A stretch of 54,093 nucleotides of DNA, the filler included, from Bipalium vagum (lineage: Eukaryota): NCBI GenBank assembly GCA_037834085.1. It is 3 parts of 3 records of this genome, joined end to end, with 100 filler letters (N's around TTAATTAATTAA, not from the genome) between each part and the next. Parts side by side here need not be neighbours in the genome. Positions count along the whole stretch, not along the records: positions 16,779 to 36,548 come from JBBMKC010267989.1; positions 36,649 to 54,093 come from JBBMKC010065108.1; 1 more part is not named here. The stretch is one strand, 5' to 3'. Numbering within the stretch: position 1 is the stretch's first letter; every line of letters begins with the position of its first letter. Of the stretch, positions 23,801 through 37,230 are shown piece after piece. The position numbers and the translations under genes are program-made. Below the pieces are notes generated by a model, which was not told where the DNA came from, searched no databases, and worked only from the letters and a program-made list of their open reading frames with translations.

Positions 23801-26800
23801 TAGGAAGCTGAGAAATTTTGCTTAAATCATCAAGAACTTCTCGAAGAAATTACCTATCGGAAACCAGAATTCATTCAGTTGCTACAGTTTGGCAGACAAG
23901 TTTCTCATTCAAAAGACGATCCACAATACTTATTATTTAATGAAAGACTTAATGTTTTGGAAACTGGATGGGATGCATTGGATAAAATGTGGAAAGATAA
24001 AAATATTTCCTTAAATCAATCCAAAGATGCCCAGGTTTCTTTAAAAGATGAACGTCAATTGTTTTTATCTTTGTTTCTCTAGACTTTTATTAGAGATGCA
24101 TTACAAGTTGATGTCATTCTAACAAAACAAGAAACATTTTTAGCCAAAAACGACTTGCCAGTAATATCTTCTATTACTTATATGAATTGAAAATATTCAA
24201 TTTTTATAGGTAAATTATGAATTGGCCGAGATTGCTGAACGAGAATTCGAAACGTTCAAAAGTTCCGTGTTTAGTAATCAGCCGAAAATCGATAGTGTCG
24301 TACAATTCGGCGAATCTTTGATTTCCTCTAATGCTTTATCGGACAAGATAAGACTGAAATGTGAACAGATTACTGATAGGTACCAATCTTTTTTGACATT
24401 GAAAAAATATCGATTTAAATGAAAAGAATTAATAATTTTTATAATTAAATCTGTGTTTGGTTTTTTAAAGATGTAAACAAATTCAATCGAAACTCGCCAA
24501 GCGAGAGGCCATTCTGAAAGATCAGCTGAAATTTCAAAACTATTTCATGGATGTTATGGAAGTAAGAAATTTTATGCACATTATTTATAGCAATTGTTTT
24601 CAAATTATAAATTTGTAATAACGATTTTAACACCCTTTGTTTACAATTTCATTTTTAACTGGCCAGGTACTTCTATTGTGTAATGATAAAATCAATAATG
24701 CGATAAAAACTATCCAATCACAGCTCTTTCATTTACTCTGATTATCACATATTCCTAGAATTTTGTAGACATTATTTACTTGATTTCGTACAAGACCAGA
24801 GTTTAACATTATGCATAGCGTTGTATACGTGCGTTTTTCACTGATAAAGGGTCTTGCAAGAACTACACAGTGATGTGCTAAATATGTACTAGATAATGCG
24901 ATTTTGTTTGATTAATTTCAAATATTATTCATTTATCTTTTTAATTGTTGAACTGATCGAAAATTGTTTATAATAACCATTTTATCACTGTTCTGAATTG
25001 TGAACCAAATTTAATTAAATCAATTGTCGACAGTGGACACTGTAAAGTCATGAAAACTGATCATGAAAAATTTTTAAGAATAAACGCTCATTTCTAGATT
25101 TAAGAGTGTTTTGAAGACCTCACATTCGACCTCAGTCAGATTCTTAATTGTTCTTAAAGTTATAATTTTAAAATTGGTTAGATAAAACAAAAAATACCAT
25201 CGTTATTAATATAAAGAAAATTGTTGCCTTTTTAAAGTGTAGATTAAGAATAATTTTTATTCTAAACTCGTATCTCGAATACTATTTTGTAAAATCTTTT
25301 TGAAATTAAACGTCACTTATTACAATATATAAATTGTAGAAATTCACCCATGCTTATATGTATTGAAATCACAATGGTTACGTGCCAAGTACTTAAATAA
25401 TTAAATGAAATGTGCGAATAATATTTTGACGTAACTTTTGCTGTGGTCTGCCAATTCATTGTGAATATAAGTTATGATAATCGAATTATTTCTCTTTAAA
25501 AAAAAGTGAGCAGTTCAACAACTGTTTTTAAAATTAAATAATAGGTATAACTCTAAGTAAAAAGCAGAAAATATTTAATTTAACTAAAATCATTTTAATT
25601 AACATAAAATTCAAAATGACTATCATATTTATTAGAAATGGTAGTCTCATGGTATTTGAAATCAATAGAATTTTGCTAAATCCATTTAATTATCTAATAT
25701 TAAATTCAGTCTCATAAATTTTACAGTAACACATTTTTTAATGTGAATTTTTATGAAGTTTATATTTAACTATAAAGTGGTAAGACATTTAAATTTAATT
25801 TATATTTTTTACTTCTATTAAATTTACTGAGTTTCGAGACTCTTTAAAAATGGTCTTGAAAATTATTTTGTTTTTCATAAGTATTAAATTCTTATATACT
25901 ATCAGTATTTACAAGTCAATTTGACTTAGAGCTGCCTTTTTAGTTTTTTTATGGTAGAATATCTATAATATATTGTATCACTATATGGAATAATAATAAT
26001 AATTAATTTCAGTAATAATTTAATTTAATTTTGCAAATATTTTATCTTAATTAATCATATAATTAGCTTAAGTAATCATAATTATGAAAAAAATATGTAA
26101 AAAACATATTGAATAGTTTATATATTTTATATTTTTAACAAATAATATATTCCCTTTAAAATTCATTTAAATAATTAATTTTATTTATTAATTGACCTAC
26201 TTATAACTTATTATTTCATAAATTATTTCCCCGATTAATTTATATATATGTTGTACAAATACATTTTTATCTTATTAATGTTATGAGTTGTGATATTATT
26301 AAAATAGGTACCTTTTCTATTTGTAAACCTAATAAAATTAATAATTATTATAAGTTTTAAATCACTTTTTATTTTATCTTTCTAATATTATGAGATCTAT
26401 CGATAAATATAGTTTTCAATTGAAATTGGTTTTCGTTTATTTACGCGTTTTCAAAATTTATTTTATTTTGATACAGATGGAAGAATGGATTGCCGAAAAG
26501 ATGATCACAGCAAGCGATACTAGCTATCACGATTCTAAAGACATCTCTACGCGTTATAACCGTTTTCGAGATTTCGAAAGGGAGCTTGAAGCCAACAAAG
26601 ATCGAGTGAATGATGTTATTCAAGTATGACAATTAGTTCTGTTGGCATAAATAATTTGTACATTTATTATTTTTATATTTAAAATGTTTAATTTAATTGA
26701 AAATATTTAATCGATAGATTTAGTTAAATGGTTGTGAATATGTTTGTATTGATCTCAGAAATTTATAATCCGAGTGATCTTTCTGATATTAGAAAGATCA

Positions 26801-29800
26801 TATCATATGTTGAGATAAATCATGCATAAAATGATACGTTTTTTCATTTTGATTATTGTTTATTAAGATTGTTTTGGAAATTATTTGTTATTATTTTGTG
26901 AGAAACTATACTAATTTTTTAAAATTATTTTATTATTATTATTTAATTTTTAATATATTGAATTACGAAGGTGAAATTTGACTTTATTTTATTCTTTAAA
27001 AATTTTATATATTATTCTTTTGAATTTGTAATATCATCAAATTATATTTTATGAGTTCCTCATAATTTATCTTTTACTGCAGTTAGCTTTTCAAATTTCT
27101 TTTAATATTTTCCTTTACTTTTCAAATTCTTTTGTGGTTAATTATGAGATTTCACTGATTTTTTCTATATTTCATAAATTTGAGATAAATGATTTTGTTA
27201 CTTTTGATTTTTCATTGATCTTTGAATGAAGGAGTCTTATTTGAATGATATGGTTTATAATTCAGTTGTATGCAAACTTCGATTTTTATGATAAAAATAA
27301 TTTTCATATTACGGGTAAAGTTTATTTTACTTAAGATAAAAATAATGAATACTTCGTAGGAACAAGACACATAACAAGTGTAATTCTATTGAATTATATA
27401 AAAGTAATGTACATAAGATCAAAATACTTTTACACCATTTAAATATTTACATAAACAATTGAATTCAATAGATCGACTTTGGAGACTTATAATGTTTACA
27501 TTCAGCTCAGACATTTATGTATCACGGATCTTTGTATTTGATAATAATGTTCGTTTATTATTTCTATACCTAAATATTTAGGAAATATGAATCTGAGTTG
27601 GTTTGTTCAGTTTTATTTAAAAACGCCAATAAACCTCTTTATTTAGAAATTGGGCACTTCTGTAGTTTACACCTTATCAATTAAAAATTTTATTGTTATA
27701 TTATTATAACTCTATTTTATATATAAAAATAAATATCCAAAGCATGTGGAAAAAATTGAAACAGGCTACACTAAACAACATGCGGATCTAATAGTTATTT
27801 TTCAATTTTGTTCCATCAAAAGTTAACAAAACGTTTTATCATTTATCGATTGTATTAAAGTAATAAATGTATTATAAATTATAAATTACTTTTTAATAAA
27901 ATATTTCGGTGAACAGAATAAGTTACTTATAAAATAAAGTAATATATCATTTTTAATCGGTGAGGTGTAAACTGCATAAGTATCAGAAACTATCTGTATT
28001 CAGATTTATGATTTCTTGTTTAATACATTTCTGTTACAATTAAAAACTTTTACTAATCAAATTAAATAGTTTAATGAAAACTTATAAACAATTATGTACA
28101 ATTTAAACTCAACTTATGTTTATATATACATTATTCTCACCATTAAATCAATATCCGGTACTTTAATAAATCGGTTTGATTGAAAATTGTTGAGAGAAAC
28201 TTAATTTTACATTTTGTGTGAATTTCGACAACCACTAAAAAGATTTTAAACAAGATTCTAATTACAGTTTTAAGTATTATTGTTTTAGGTTGCTTAATAT
28301 TGAATGATGATGTTTGGAAGAGTTTAAAAAGTTCTCAAACTAAACTTTTTAACTTAAAATAAGATCATTTAAAATTTTCCCTACTTTTTAAAGTTTCTCT
28401 AATTCATGATTCAAACAAATTAAGATCACTTGACTCAATGAAGTCGGATCAAGTTTGATTGGCGTACGTTTTCTCAAAAAATATAAGATGAGATTTAAAA
28501 GGTTCGTTGCTGTTAGGTTGAGACAGAATTTCATGTAGTAAATTATTATCGTCTCTTTCCAAGAAATTTAATCTGGATAAAATGAATTTCTGAATTACTC
28601 AAGTTTTTGAATAATATTGAAGCACTTTATTATTATGAAAATGATTTGATAGTATCCAAAAATTTTATACAAATTATTTCAAGGAAAATCTAGTTTTCTT
28701 GAAAAATTGATATGTAGCTCAAGTTAACATTAAGCTATATTTAGGTTTATAAATAATTTGATATTTAATTTTTTTTTAGACTGGAAAAAGTAATATTGTA
28801 GTGTTATGATGAATCCTACATTAGCGAGTTTGTATAGTTTAAAAGAATCCTATTTTAAGCATTGCATAGCAGAAACAATGAAATTAAATAAATTCATAAC
28901 ATTGGGATGCTTCCATATGGAATTTTCATACATGGTACTTGAAAAGATTAAAGTAATAAAGAATAATATTACCAAAATTAATTGGACAATGGGTTCTTGT
29001 AGAAAAAATTGTATTCTTAACGATCCTAAGTATATATTTTAAAATGTTTTTCTATGGTTTTAGACCAACGATATTAAAACTTAAGCTTGTCTTTTTCAAA
29101 GTTAAGATCTCTATTAAATATAAAAGTTGTAGACAGTCTACATGTAGACAGAAAACATGAATATGAAGGTGAATTGTTTCTATTTCTACTATAGATATTT
29201 GCCATCTTATAACGAAGTTAGTTCAAATAATATTATGCAGCAAATGTATCAAGAATTATCAATAGACTGAAAATAGCTTTTCTTTAAATTTACAAATGAG
29301 TTTTTTAAAATTTTTTATTAAGATTTTTAGTCATCAATTTTATAATAAAAATTATGATTTATTTTATTGTGTTGTCTAAAGATCTTTTTTTAATTAAATC
29401 TCATATTCTATTATAGTCATTTTTTAATTTTTTTAAAATTTATTTTATATTGTTATTTAAAATTATTTTTCATAGAATAATTTTTGAAAAAAATAGTACC
29501 GAAACAATTCTATGTATATAAATAAGATATTCTTAAAATGTAATTTTCCTTAAATTCATTAAAAAAAATTTTATTTATAAAAATTTAGTCGGGTAATGTA
29601 TTGATGGAAGAAATACCTTATTTGAAAGATGAAATACAGCCAATAATCAAAAATTTAGAAAATCAATGGGAAGATCTTTTGTCTTCAGCCAAAGAAAAAA
29701 GCTTACAAATGGAAGAAGCTAATCGAGGTTAGACTGTTGTTAAGAATTTTAAAATTATATTTATATTTAGAAATAATTTTTGATGAATCTACTAAGTCAA

Positions 29801-32800
29801 TGATGTCATGGGTTACAGAAATCAGTTCACAAATCATCACAACTGAAGAAATAACCGAAGAATATGGATTAGTTGAAATAAATGAAAAAATGAAAGACCA
29901 AGAAGATAAAGATAAACAGTTAGATCAAAAGCGTAAAATGTTATCCGATATACAGCAGCATGCTGAAAAATTAAAACAACAGTATCCTGATCGTCAGGAT
30001 GAATTTGAACAGATCCAGAGAGAGGTTAAAGTAAAGCTCACTCAGGTGGAAGCTCCGATGTCACAACGCAGAGATAAATTGACTCTTCAGAAACGTGTAC
30101 AACAATTTTTGAGAGATGTTGAGGATGAGAAAAAATGGATAATGGAAAAAATTGATTTCATAAATAAATTTCGAATTGCTCCTGATAGTTTACAAGTTTG
30201 TTTGCAGAAAATACGTCGACTGAAAACAATGGCAAATGAAATTGATAATCATGCGGGGAGAATCAATGATATTAATTACGTATGTTTAATTTTTGGATTT
30301 TGAAACAGATCATCTTTTTCCAAAATTTTTATCTATATTTTTTCAACGGTAATCAAATATTGTTATGTATTAATAGTTGATTTGTTTATTTAAACTTTCA
30401 CTACTTTTATGTGGACAATTTTGTGAAACAAGAACGTTTTTTTCCAGCAAGGACAAGAATTGATTGATGGTGGTCATCCAAATAGTGAGAAATTTAATCA
30501 GGTGCTGGATGAGCTCAACAAGTTATGGGATGACTTGATTACAATTTGTGAAGATTGTCAGAAATTTTTCGATGAAAATAAAGAAATTCAAGAATATTTA
30601 ACAGAAGCCATGGAATCAGAATATTGGATGAGTGACATTGAGTTTAATTTACTTCGCGAAGATAAAGCAAAGGTAAAAGTTCAAATATATTTATTTTATT
30701 TAATTTTAAAATGCAGGATGAGGATAGTGCTTTAAATACAATGAGGAAGCACGAGGAGTTAATTAATATAATTAATAATTACGGATCAGTAATATCTGCT
30801 TTGGGAGAAAAATACCAAAGTATTTTAAATAGAGAACTACCTGACGCACATCTTGTTGCTCAAAAGCAAGAACGAATAGACAAAATGTATGCTACTTTAC
30901 TGGAAATGTGTTTGGAAAAGAAATTGAAAATTGAAGACCTTATACAATTTTATTATCTTTACCGATCAATACAAGGTCTTGAGGTTTCATTTTTATTTAA
31001 AAATAATCACATTTCTTATCTTGCTTGATTTCAAGGAATGGATAGAAGAAAGAAGAATTGTTGCTATCAGCAATGAAGTTGGTTCTGAATTAGAACACTG
31101 CATTTTATTGCGAGAACGTTTTGGTGAATTTGCTATCGAAACGAACGAAATTGGTGGCCCTCGTGTTTCAGAAGCTGATGATATGTGCAATGCGTTAATT
31201 GGACTGGGTCATCGAGATTCTGCTGAAATTGCTCAATGGAAAGATCGGATCAACGAAGCTTGGGCTGATCTTCTTGAGTTAATTGAAACACGAATTCAGT
31301 TATTAAAATCTGCCTTTGATTTCTTTCAATTTATGAGTGAATCTTCAGTAAGCAATCTTTATCGTGTTTTTTTGGAATATGGTAAAATCTGAATATTTCT
31401 CGGTTAATCATGTATTGAATGAATTACTTCATTGTTTTTTGTTCTGTGAATAATATTTTTATCCTCACTATTTAATTAATCGTATAAAAATGACACATCT
31501 TTTTCATTTCGGCGTATTTAATTTACCTTTTAATTATTCTTCTTGTGGAAATCATATACGTATTAATTATCTTTTGCGTTCGAATTTATTGATGGACCAA
31601 ACGGTTGAAGGTGGTTTTGATATTCATCTTGTCAAATCAATTTAGAAATTGTATATTTAACTAAAGTTTGGAAATCAAATTGAACAAAATTTATACACAT
31701 TTTTAAAAATTATATTCCTTAAGTTTTTGAATAATTTTTAATTTCTTAAAATTTTTTTCAACAAAAAATATAATTTGAAATAACAACGTATCGTAATTTA
31801 AAATCAACACTAATTAAATTATTTTAATGAAAATTACCTTAAAATTAAAATATAAATGATATTATTAAAATATAAAATAAATAATATAATAATATTATTG
31901 TTTTATTTTTTCATTACATTTGGTATGATACTGATGATCTTAACCAACTTCTTGTAAAATACTCAACATTTTAATGGCAAAATGATGTCATTGCTAAGAT
32001 AACCAAAGTCCATTAATATTTTATTGTTCTCATAGTTTTGTGCTATTTAATTCCGATAATAAATTTTTTATTATGCTTATGAATAAATTTTATTCCAACA
32101 AATATTTATTCAAAAACATGTAGAGATCATTATATTTATTTTTAATAATTAATATATTGTAAATATTAGGAATTACTTGATCTGATCCATGAGAAAATAA
32201 GACTAATTCCTGAGGGTGTTGGTAAAGATGCAAAAACTGTGGCTGCCTCTCAACGAAAACACCATGCATTTGCTAATGAAATTGAAAGATTAGAACCGTT
32301 TATAAATAACGCTTTAGGAACTGCAGATCGTCTATTACCCTTATATTCTACGGATAAAGAGCAAGAATTAATCGACCGCAAACGTGAACTTCAAAAACTT
32401 TGGTTAACATTACGAAAGGAATATGATAATCGCAATAATTTGCTGATAGATGCATCAGATCTATTCAAGTTTTATGCTATGGTTAGAGAATTAATGAATT
32501 GGATGAGTGAAATTGAAATACAAATCCACGTGGACGATAAAGCCAGGTGAGAGATTTAGATTTTTCGTATTGGTTGGTGCTTACTAATCGCCAGTCATTA
32601 TATTATTTTTTATTAAAATATTTGTCCAGAGACGTTTGTGGAGTTGAACTTATTATCAGCAATCACCGAAGCTTGAAGGCCGAAATTGATTCTCGAGATG
32701 AAAACAGAACCATTTGCATTACACTAGGTAGAACTTTAATTAATAGAAAACATCCCAAGAAAGACGATGTCAGAAAGAAATGCAGAGATGTAAACATTTT

Positions 32801-34298
32801 TATTTATAAATAAATAAATAGATATTAAATGAGGTTTTTTATGTGTTATGTATAGATGAAGATTAATTATAAAAAAATTTTTATTGATAATGTTAAACCT
32901 TATTTCTTTAGAAATTTTCCGATTATTTTAAATAATTTATGAAATATTTCTTTTTATTTGTATATTAATATATTATCTTAATATTTTAGTATAACAAGAG
33001 TTCTAGATTTTAATTTTTTTAAAAATATGTTTTATAATTTTTTTATAAACCAGATAGATTTCATCAAAGAAAGTTAAAATTGAAAAATCTTCACAATCAG
33101 TTAGACCTATGTTGTATCTGTTTTTAGACAATCTATGTATGCATTGAAAAGTATGTATCTTGAAAACTTTTAGGAATTATTTGCAATATTTGATAAATAT
33201 TTACAATTTTTCTTTTCTGATAAATATAATTTTAATATTTTAGTAATAAATCATGATAATACCTATTTTTATTGCAATAATATATTATTTTAGGTACTTA
33301 CAAAGTACTTCAACATCTTAGAAAATTGGCGTGAACACCAAAGCCTTTTGGAAATGATTTTGGAAGTTTATCAGTTTGCTCGAGAAGCAGCTGTTGCAGA
33401 AGCTTGGTTGGTTTCCCAAGAATTACAATTGAATGCCAATGAATTTGGTGATACACTAAATGAAACATTAAATTTACTCAAAAGACACTTGGTACTTGAA
33501 CGAAATTTGGCTGCTCAGGATGAAAGATTTGTAGCTTTGAAAAAGTTGACAACACTTGAAATGCGTAATTTAAATACAATTGAAAAGGAGAACGAGAGAA
33601 TACTTGAAAGAGAAAGAAAGCTGAATGAATTAATATTAGAGTTCAAAACACCAGCACCTTCAGTGGAAAATTTAAGAAAATCATTGGAAGTACATACACC
33701 AATCATAGAAGATGAGATTGTTACTCAATTTGTTGAAAATGTCCATGCATCGCCAGTTAAGTCGAAAGATGAATCAAAAGAAATAAAAGACTTGAAGCCA
33801 GTTACAGAGATTCCCAAGGCGGTGATAGGTAAGGAATCCAGCTCACAACAACCAAGGAGTGGCAATCTTCATCGTAAACATGAATGGGAAAATTCTACTA
33901 AAAAAGCTGGGAATCGAAAGTGGTACGAATTGTATGTTATTATTGATAATGGAAAAATGTCTTTCTACAAAGACAAAAAGCATTACGATGAAGATAAAAT
34001 CCATACTTATAAAAATGAAAAAACTTTAGAATTATTGGGTGCACAGTCTTCACCAGCTGAAAGTTACAAAAAAAGACCTAATGTGTTCCGTCTCCGTTTA
34101 CAAAATGGTGGGGAATATTTGTTTGAAGCTACCGATTCTGCAGATATGAATCAATGGATTGAGAAAATTAATGAAATCGGTGGTGTTGATAGTTCAACTT
34201 CTAGATATGCAACATTACCAAACCTGAAGACAGATTACGAACAAGATGTTGGGGAAAAGAAAAAGTTTCCTACACTTGGCAGAAAACAAAAACCTTGA
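17829..34298 (+). CDS. SPTBN1: Beta-spectrin (conventional: 2 CH domains, 17 spectrin repeats, PH domain), complete, ~2315 aa
   Basis: Exons 17829-17931, 17985-18142, 18454-21429, 23804-24034, 24083-24160, 24210-24379, 24471-24561, 26477-26623, 29589-29727, 29771-30279, 30448-30672, 30717-30983, 31036-31347, 32170-32546, 32630-32789, 33294-34298; all GT-AG, 6948 nt in total, in frame. Motifs: [73 protein letters not shown] (repeat 14), [17 protein letters not shown] (partial repeat 17), LHRKHEWE...KKAGNRKW (PH). The symbol denotes the family (invertebrate beta-spectrin). Confidence 0.97.
21960..23260 (-). mobile_element. Merlin (IS1016/IS1595-like) remnant in spectrin intron 3
   Basis: N-terminal [23 protein letters not shown]...C; [18 protein letters not shown]; FNHYTVN; EID.SKF...KRK-like piece near 22200-22250. 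The pieces appear rearranged. Confidence 0.75.
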
Positions 34299-34880
34299 CT
34301 TTTTTTAAAAATTAGGCTTTTCTATGTACGATTTTTAACTTGATTTGAAATTTATTGATTGTGTTATACTTGTTTTGGTAATATTACCTATATATTAGCT
34401 TATCTTCTTTGAAACAGATTTTTATACCCTTATCAAAGGACCAATGATTTCGTCAAATGTATATATATTTTCGTAATGAATTTTCGTTTTAGAAAATAAT
34501 AATTAAGTTTGTCTTATGATGAAAATTGAATTTAATCATAGTTAATGTAATTTCGTTTAATTATAACTTAAAACTCTTATTATAATATTATTTTAAATTT
34601 ATAACACCAGTTTTTGTATTTACTTTGTTTTAATCATTTAAGAAATTATTTAAATAAAGAATGATACCACGTATGGGTGATTTTGAGGGCCTGTGAGCTT
34701 TCAATACCACTGCCAATACTTTAACCAAACTCCCAACTGAGTTTTGCACTAATGGTTGTGTTTCTATTATACAAGTAACCCATCACCCTAAGACAGTTAT
34801 ATTTTAAGAAATTCGGTTACTCAATTACAAAATTTTTAGTTATAATGCCTAATATCATATACTAAAAAAATCACATTTAA

Positions 34881-34946
34881 CAGAATGAAAGTAAAGCTGT
34901 AGTCATAGAAAAATTTAATAAAACTTTGAAGAATATGTGGGAATAA
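34881..34946 (+). mobile_element. Integrase fragment, Polinton/Maverick- or Ginger-like
   Basis: QNESKAVVIEKFNKTLKNMWE* resembles the KA.vvERFNRTLK..MW motif around the catalytic Glu. Confidence 0.5.
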
Positions 34947-35037
34947 TCAGTTTAAAAGAAAAAGAGATAAAAGCTTCATCAAGGAGATAGAAGACTCATT
35001 GAATTTCAATTAATGTCAATCAGCTGCAATGATGGAA

Positions 35038-35200
35038 ATCATCAAACATTTTATCTTAATTCATTGATTTATTCATTTTACATTTATGATTTTGGTTTTG
35101 TTCATTTTATAAAAACAATGATGAATATTATCAAACATTTTATCTTTATTCATTAATTTATTTATGATTTTGTTTATGGTATAGTTCATTTTATAAGAAA
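35038..35200. repeat. Imperfect ~88-bp tandem duplication
   Basis: ATCAAACATTTTATCTT(A/T)ATTCATT...TTTATGATTTTG...GTTCATTTTATAA occurs twice. Confidence 0.75.
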
Positions 35201-35266
35201 TTTTTTAAAATAAGTTTTTTTTAAATAAAATTAATAAATTTTAAGAATAAAAATAATAATATTACT

Positions 35267-36245
35267 TGTAGGCATATATCCACTTGACACGTCAACGTAA
35301 ATAATAGAGGTTCTGGAGACAGTCGGATGCCTAAAGAATAATAAATAATTAAATATTAAAAAATTAATAAATAAACCTATGGACAAAGTTAAATATTTTG
35401 GAAGAATTATAAATTGTCAAGAAAAATTAATTAATAAAGGCAATTAGGATTAATTCCATAATGTGGGCAAATTAAACATTGTCAAGGAGTCGAGCAGAAG
35501 AATTAAGTCCCATAAGGACTTCACAGAAAATACATTAAATTAAAATAATAACAAAAGACTCTGTCTCCATAATAAGAAAATAATAATAATAGTAACAATA
35601 ATAACCATAAGTCTACGTCGAGGCTATTGAGGTGAGTTTGTTATTATTATATTTTGTTGTTGTGGAAAATATGAAATTAAACTCCGTCGTAGGAGTAATT
35701 AATTCCTTTCTTTAACTTTGTCTCGACGTACAGACCCGAGAACAGTTCAAGAATTCCAATATTCAACTTTAGTTGATATGTTTTCACAAGAGGATTTACC
35801 AAGGGGACCCATCGAGTTTGGGAATCCCTAGGTGACCTGCGAAGGACCTAGAGGATGGCCTGGGGACCCCTTGTCGATCCTGGTGAGACCGTTTTATTTT
35901 ATTAACTCTCGAACTCTTTCTTTTGTGATTATTCTTCTGGTTCTTTCCTTTAAAGCTACTTGATTAGATTATTATTATCATTCTTTTTTTTGTGTTCATT
36001 ATTATTTTAAGCATTGATTCAGTTTTGATGGTTTGGTGTTGAAGCCATTTTGTTTTGAGTATTGGACATATTTTTTGGTGATTTGCGAGTGTTGGAGGGA
36101 ATTTTGTTTTTTGCATCAGGTTGTTGTTACATTTATAATAAAGCTTTATTGTGAGTGTTTTGATTAAGTTAGAAAGCAGATAAGGTTTTATCGTGGGAGT
36201 TTTGATTCAAGTTGAAGGTTACTTTGATAAGGTATACTATTAACA
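35267..36245 (+). repeat. Putative solo-LTR-like repeat, copy A
   Basis: TGTAGG...TAACA ends; shares a GC-rich block (35791-35888) and a duplicated AATAAA motif block (36137-36210) with copy B. No target-site duplication found, so boundaries are tentative. Confidence 0.5.
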
Positions 36246-36493
36246 AAATGATAAGGATTTAATTTAAAATATTTGAAAAAGTTTAAATTGTTAAATGAAA
36301 TTAGTGTAAATATTAAGTTGTAAAGTTCAAAATCCAACTTATTATAAACTAATTTTTGAGACTATATTTCTCAACAATAAATTTTAAAAATTATAATTAT
36401 TATTTAATTAATGTTAGTAACATGTTGTTTTACTGATTAGTTTGATTTAATAATTTTGCAACCTTTTAAGGAATTAGATAAAATTAATTTTAG

Positions 36494-36548
36494 ATGAATA
36501 CTGAAGAAATTCATATCAGGTATTGTTTGATATATGAATTTAGAAAGG
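36494..36548 (+). mobile_element. Mariner transposase start truncated by the gap
   Basis: MNTEEIHIRYCLIYEFRK. Confidence 0.7.
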
Positions 36549-36648
36549 NNNNNNNNNNNNNNNNNNNNNNNNNNNNNNNNNNNNNNNNNNNNTTAATTAA
36601 TTAANNNNNNNNNNNNNNNNNNNNNNNNNNNNNNNNNNNNNNNNNNNN
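36549..36648. other. Artificial assembly spacer N44-TTAATTAATTAA-N44
   Basis: Same 100-nt structure as 16679-16778. Confidence 0.95.
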
Positions 36649-36875
36649 CCCTGCTTTCATTTTCGGAATTCATTTCTAAAATTTGATTTATAATTTACAA
36701 GTTAATGATTAAATGATTAATTTAACAATGCAGAAAATTACTTTTCTAATTTAAAATGTAAGACTTGTAACAATCTTCCCGATTTAAGTGGCGCACCCTG
36801 TATTGTTTAGTATTTGGTTTTGCAAACGAAATAGGAGATAATTTTCTAAAAATTCAGTCTTAGATTCGGCATTAT

Positions 36876-37230
36876 ACAAGTGGTCCCATAAGTTACAACG
36901 AATTTTTATAAAAGGACCTAATTTAAGAATGTTCATATTTTTAAACTTCATTTACATATCCAAACAATTATGGAACACAAGTATTGTAGTCAATGAATAT
37001 AGTAACACAATCAAATCATTAAAATGCATCAACTTGCAAACCTCCCAGTTTGACATACATTTTCATTCGTCGAAATGTTCTGTCATTGATTTTTTGAAGA
37101 GTTTCCACAGAAAATCGTGTAAACTCATATTGAATAATGTTTTTCAGATCTTCTATGTTTTGTGCTTTCCTTGCAACAATTCTGGGCTTCATGAAACCCA
37201 TTAAACGTTATCGCAGAACTTAAGACCACG
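36876..37230 (-). mobile_element. Tc1/mariner-superfamily 3' remnant
   Basis: GFMKPRIVARKAQNIEDLKNIIQYEF...LQKI...R.....GG is a transposase C-terminus; TIR-like TA|CAAGTGGTCCCATAAG. A separate TIR end (GTGGCGCACCCTG|TA) lies at ~36788-36802. Confidence 0.65.

Noticed and set aside
28780-29042. Alternative spectrin exon (TGKVIL...) or the 78-aa ORF in intron 8
   Set aside because: Stop after six codons in the spectrin frame; the ORF has no recognisable motif.
34296-34307. Stop-codon readthrough at the spectrin TGA-C
   Set aside because: The context is TGA CTT rather than TGA CTAG, and a TAA follows after two codons.
35791-35888. Collagen-like reading (GPRGWPGDP / PRGQPGIP) of the GC-rich block
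   Set aside because: In-frame stops, an indel between copies and no sustained Gly-X-Y; base pairing explains the G/C runs better.
36137-36210. CRISPR-like repeat-spacer pattern
   Set aside because: Only two imperfect units with a ~12-nt spacer, in a eukaryotic context with no cas genes.
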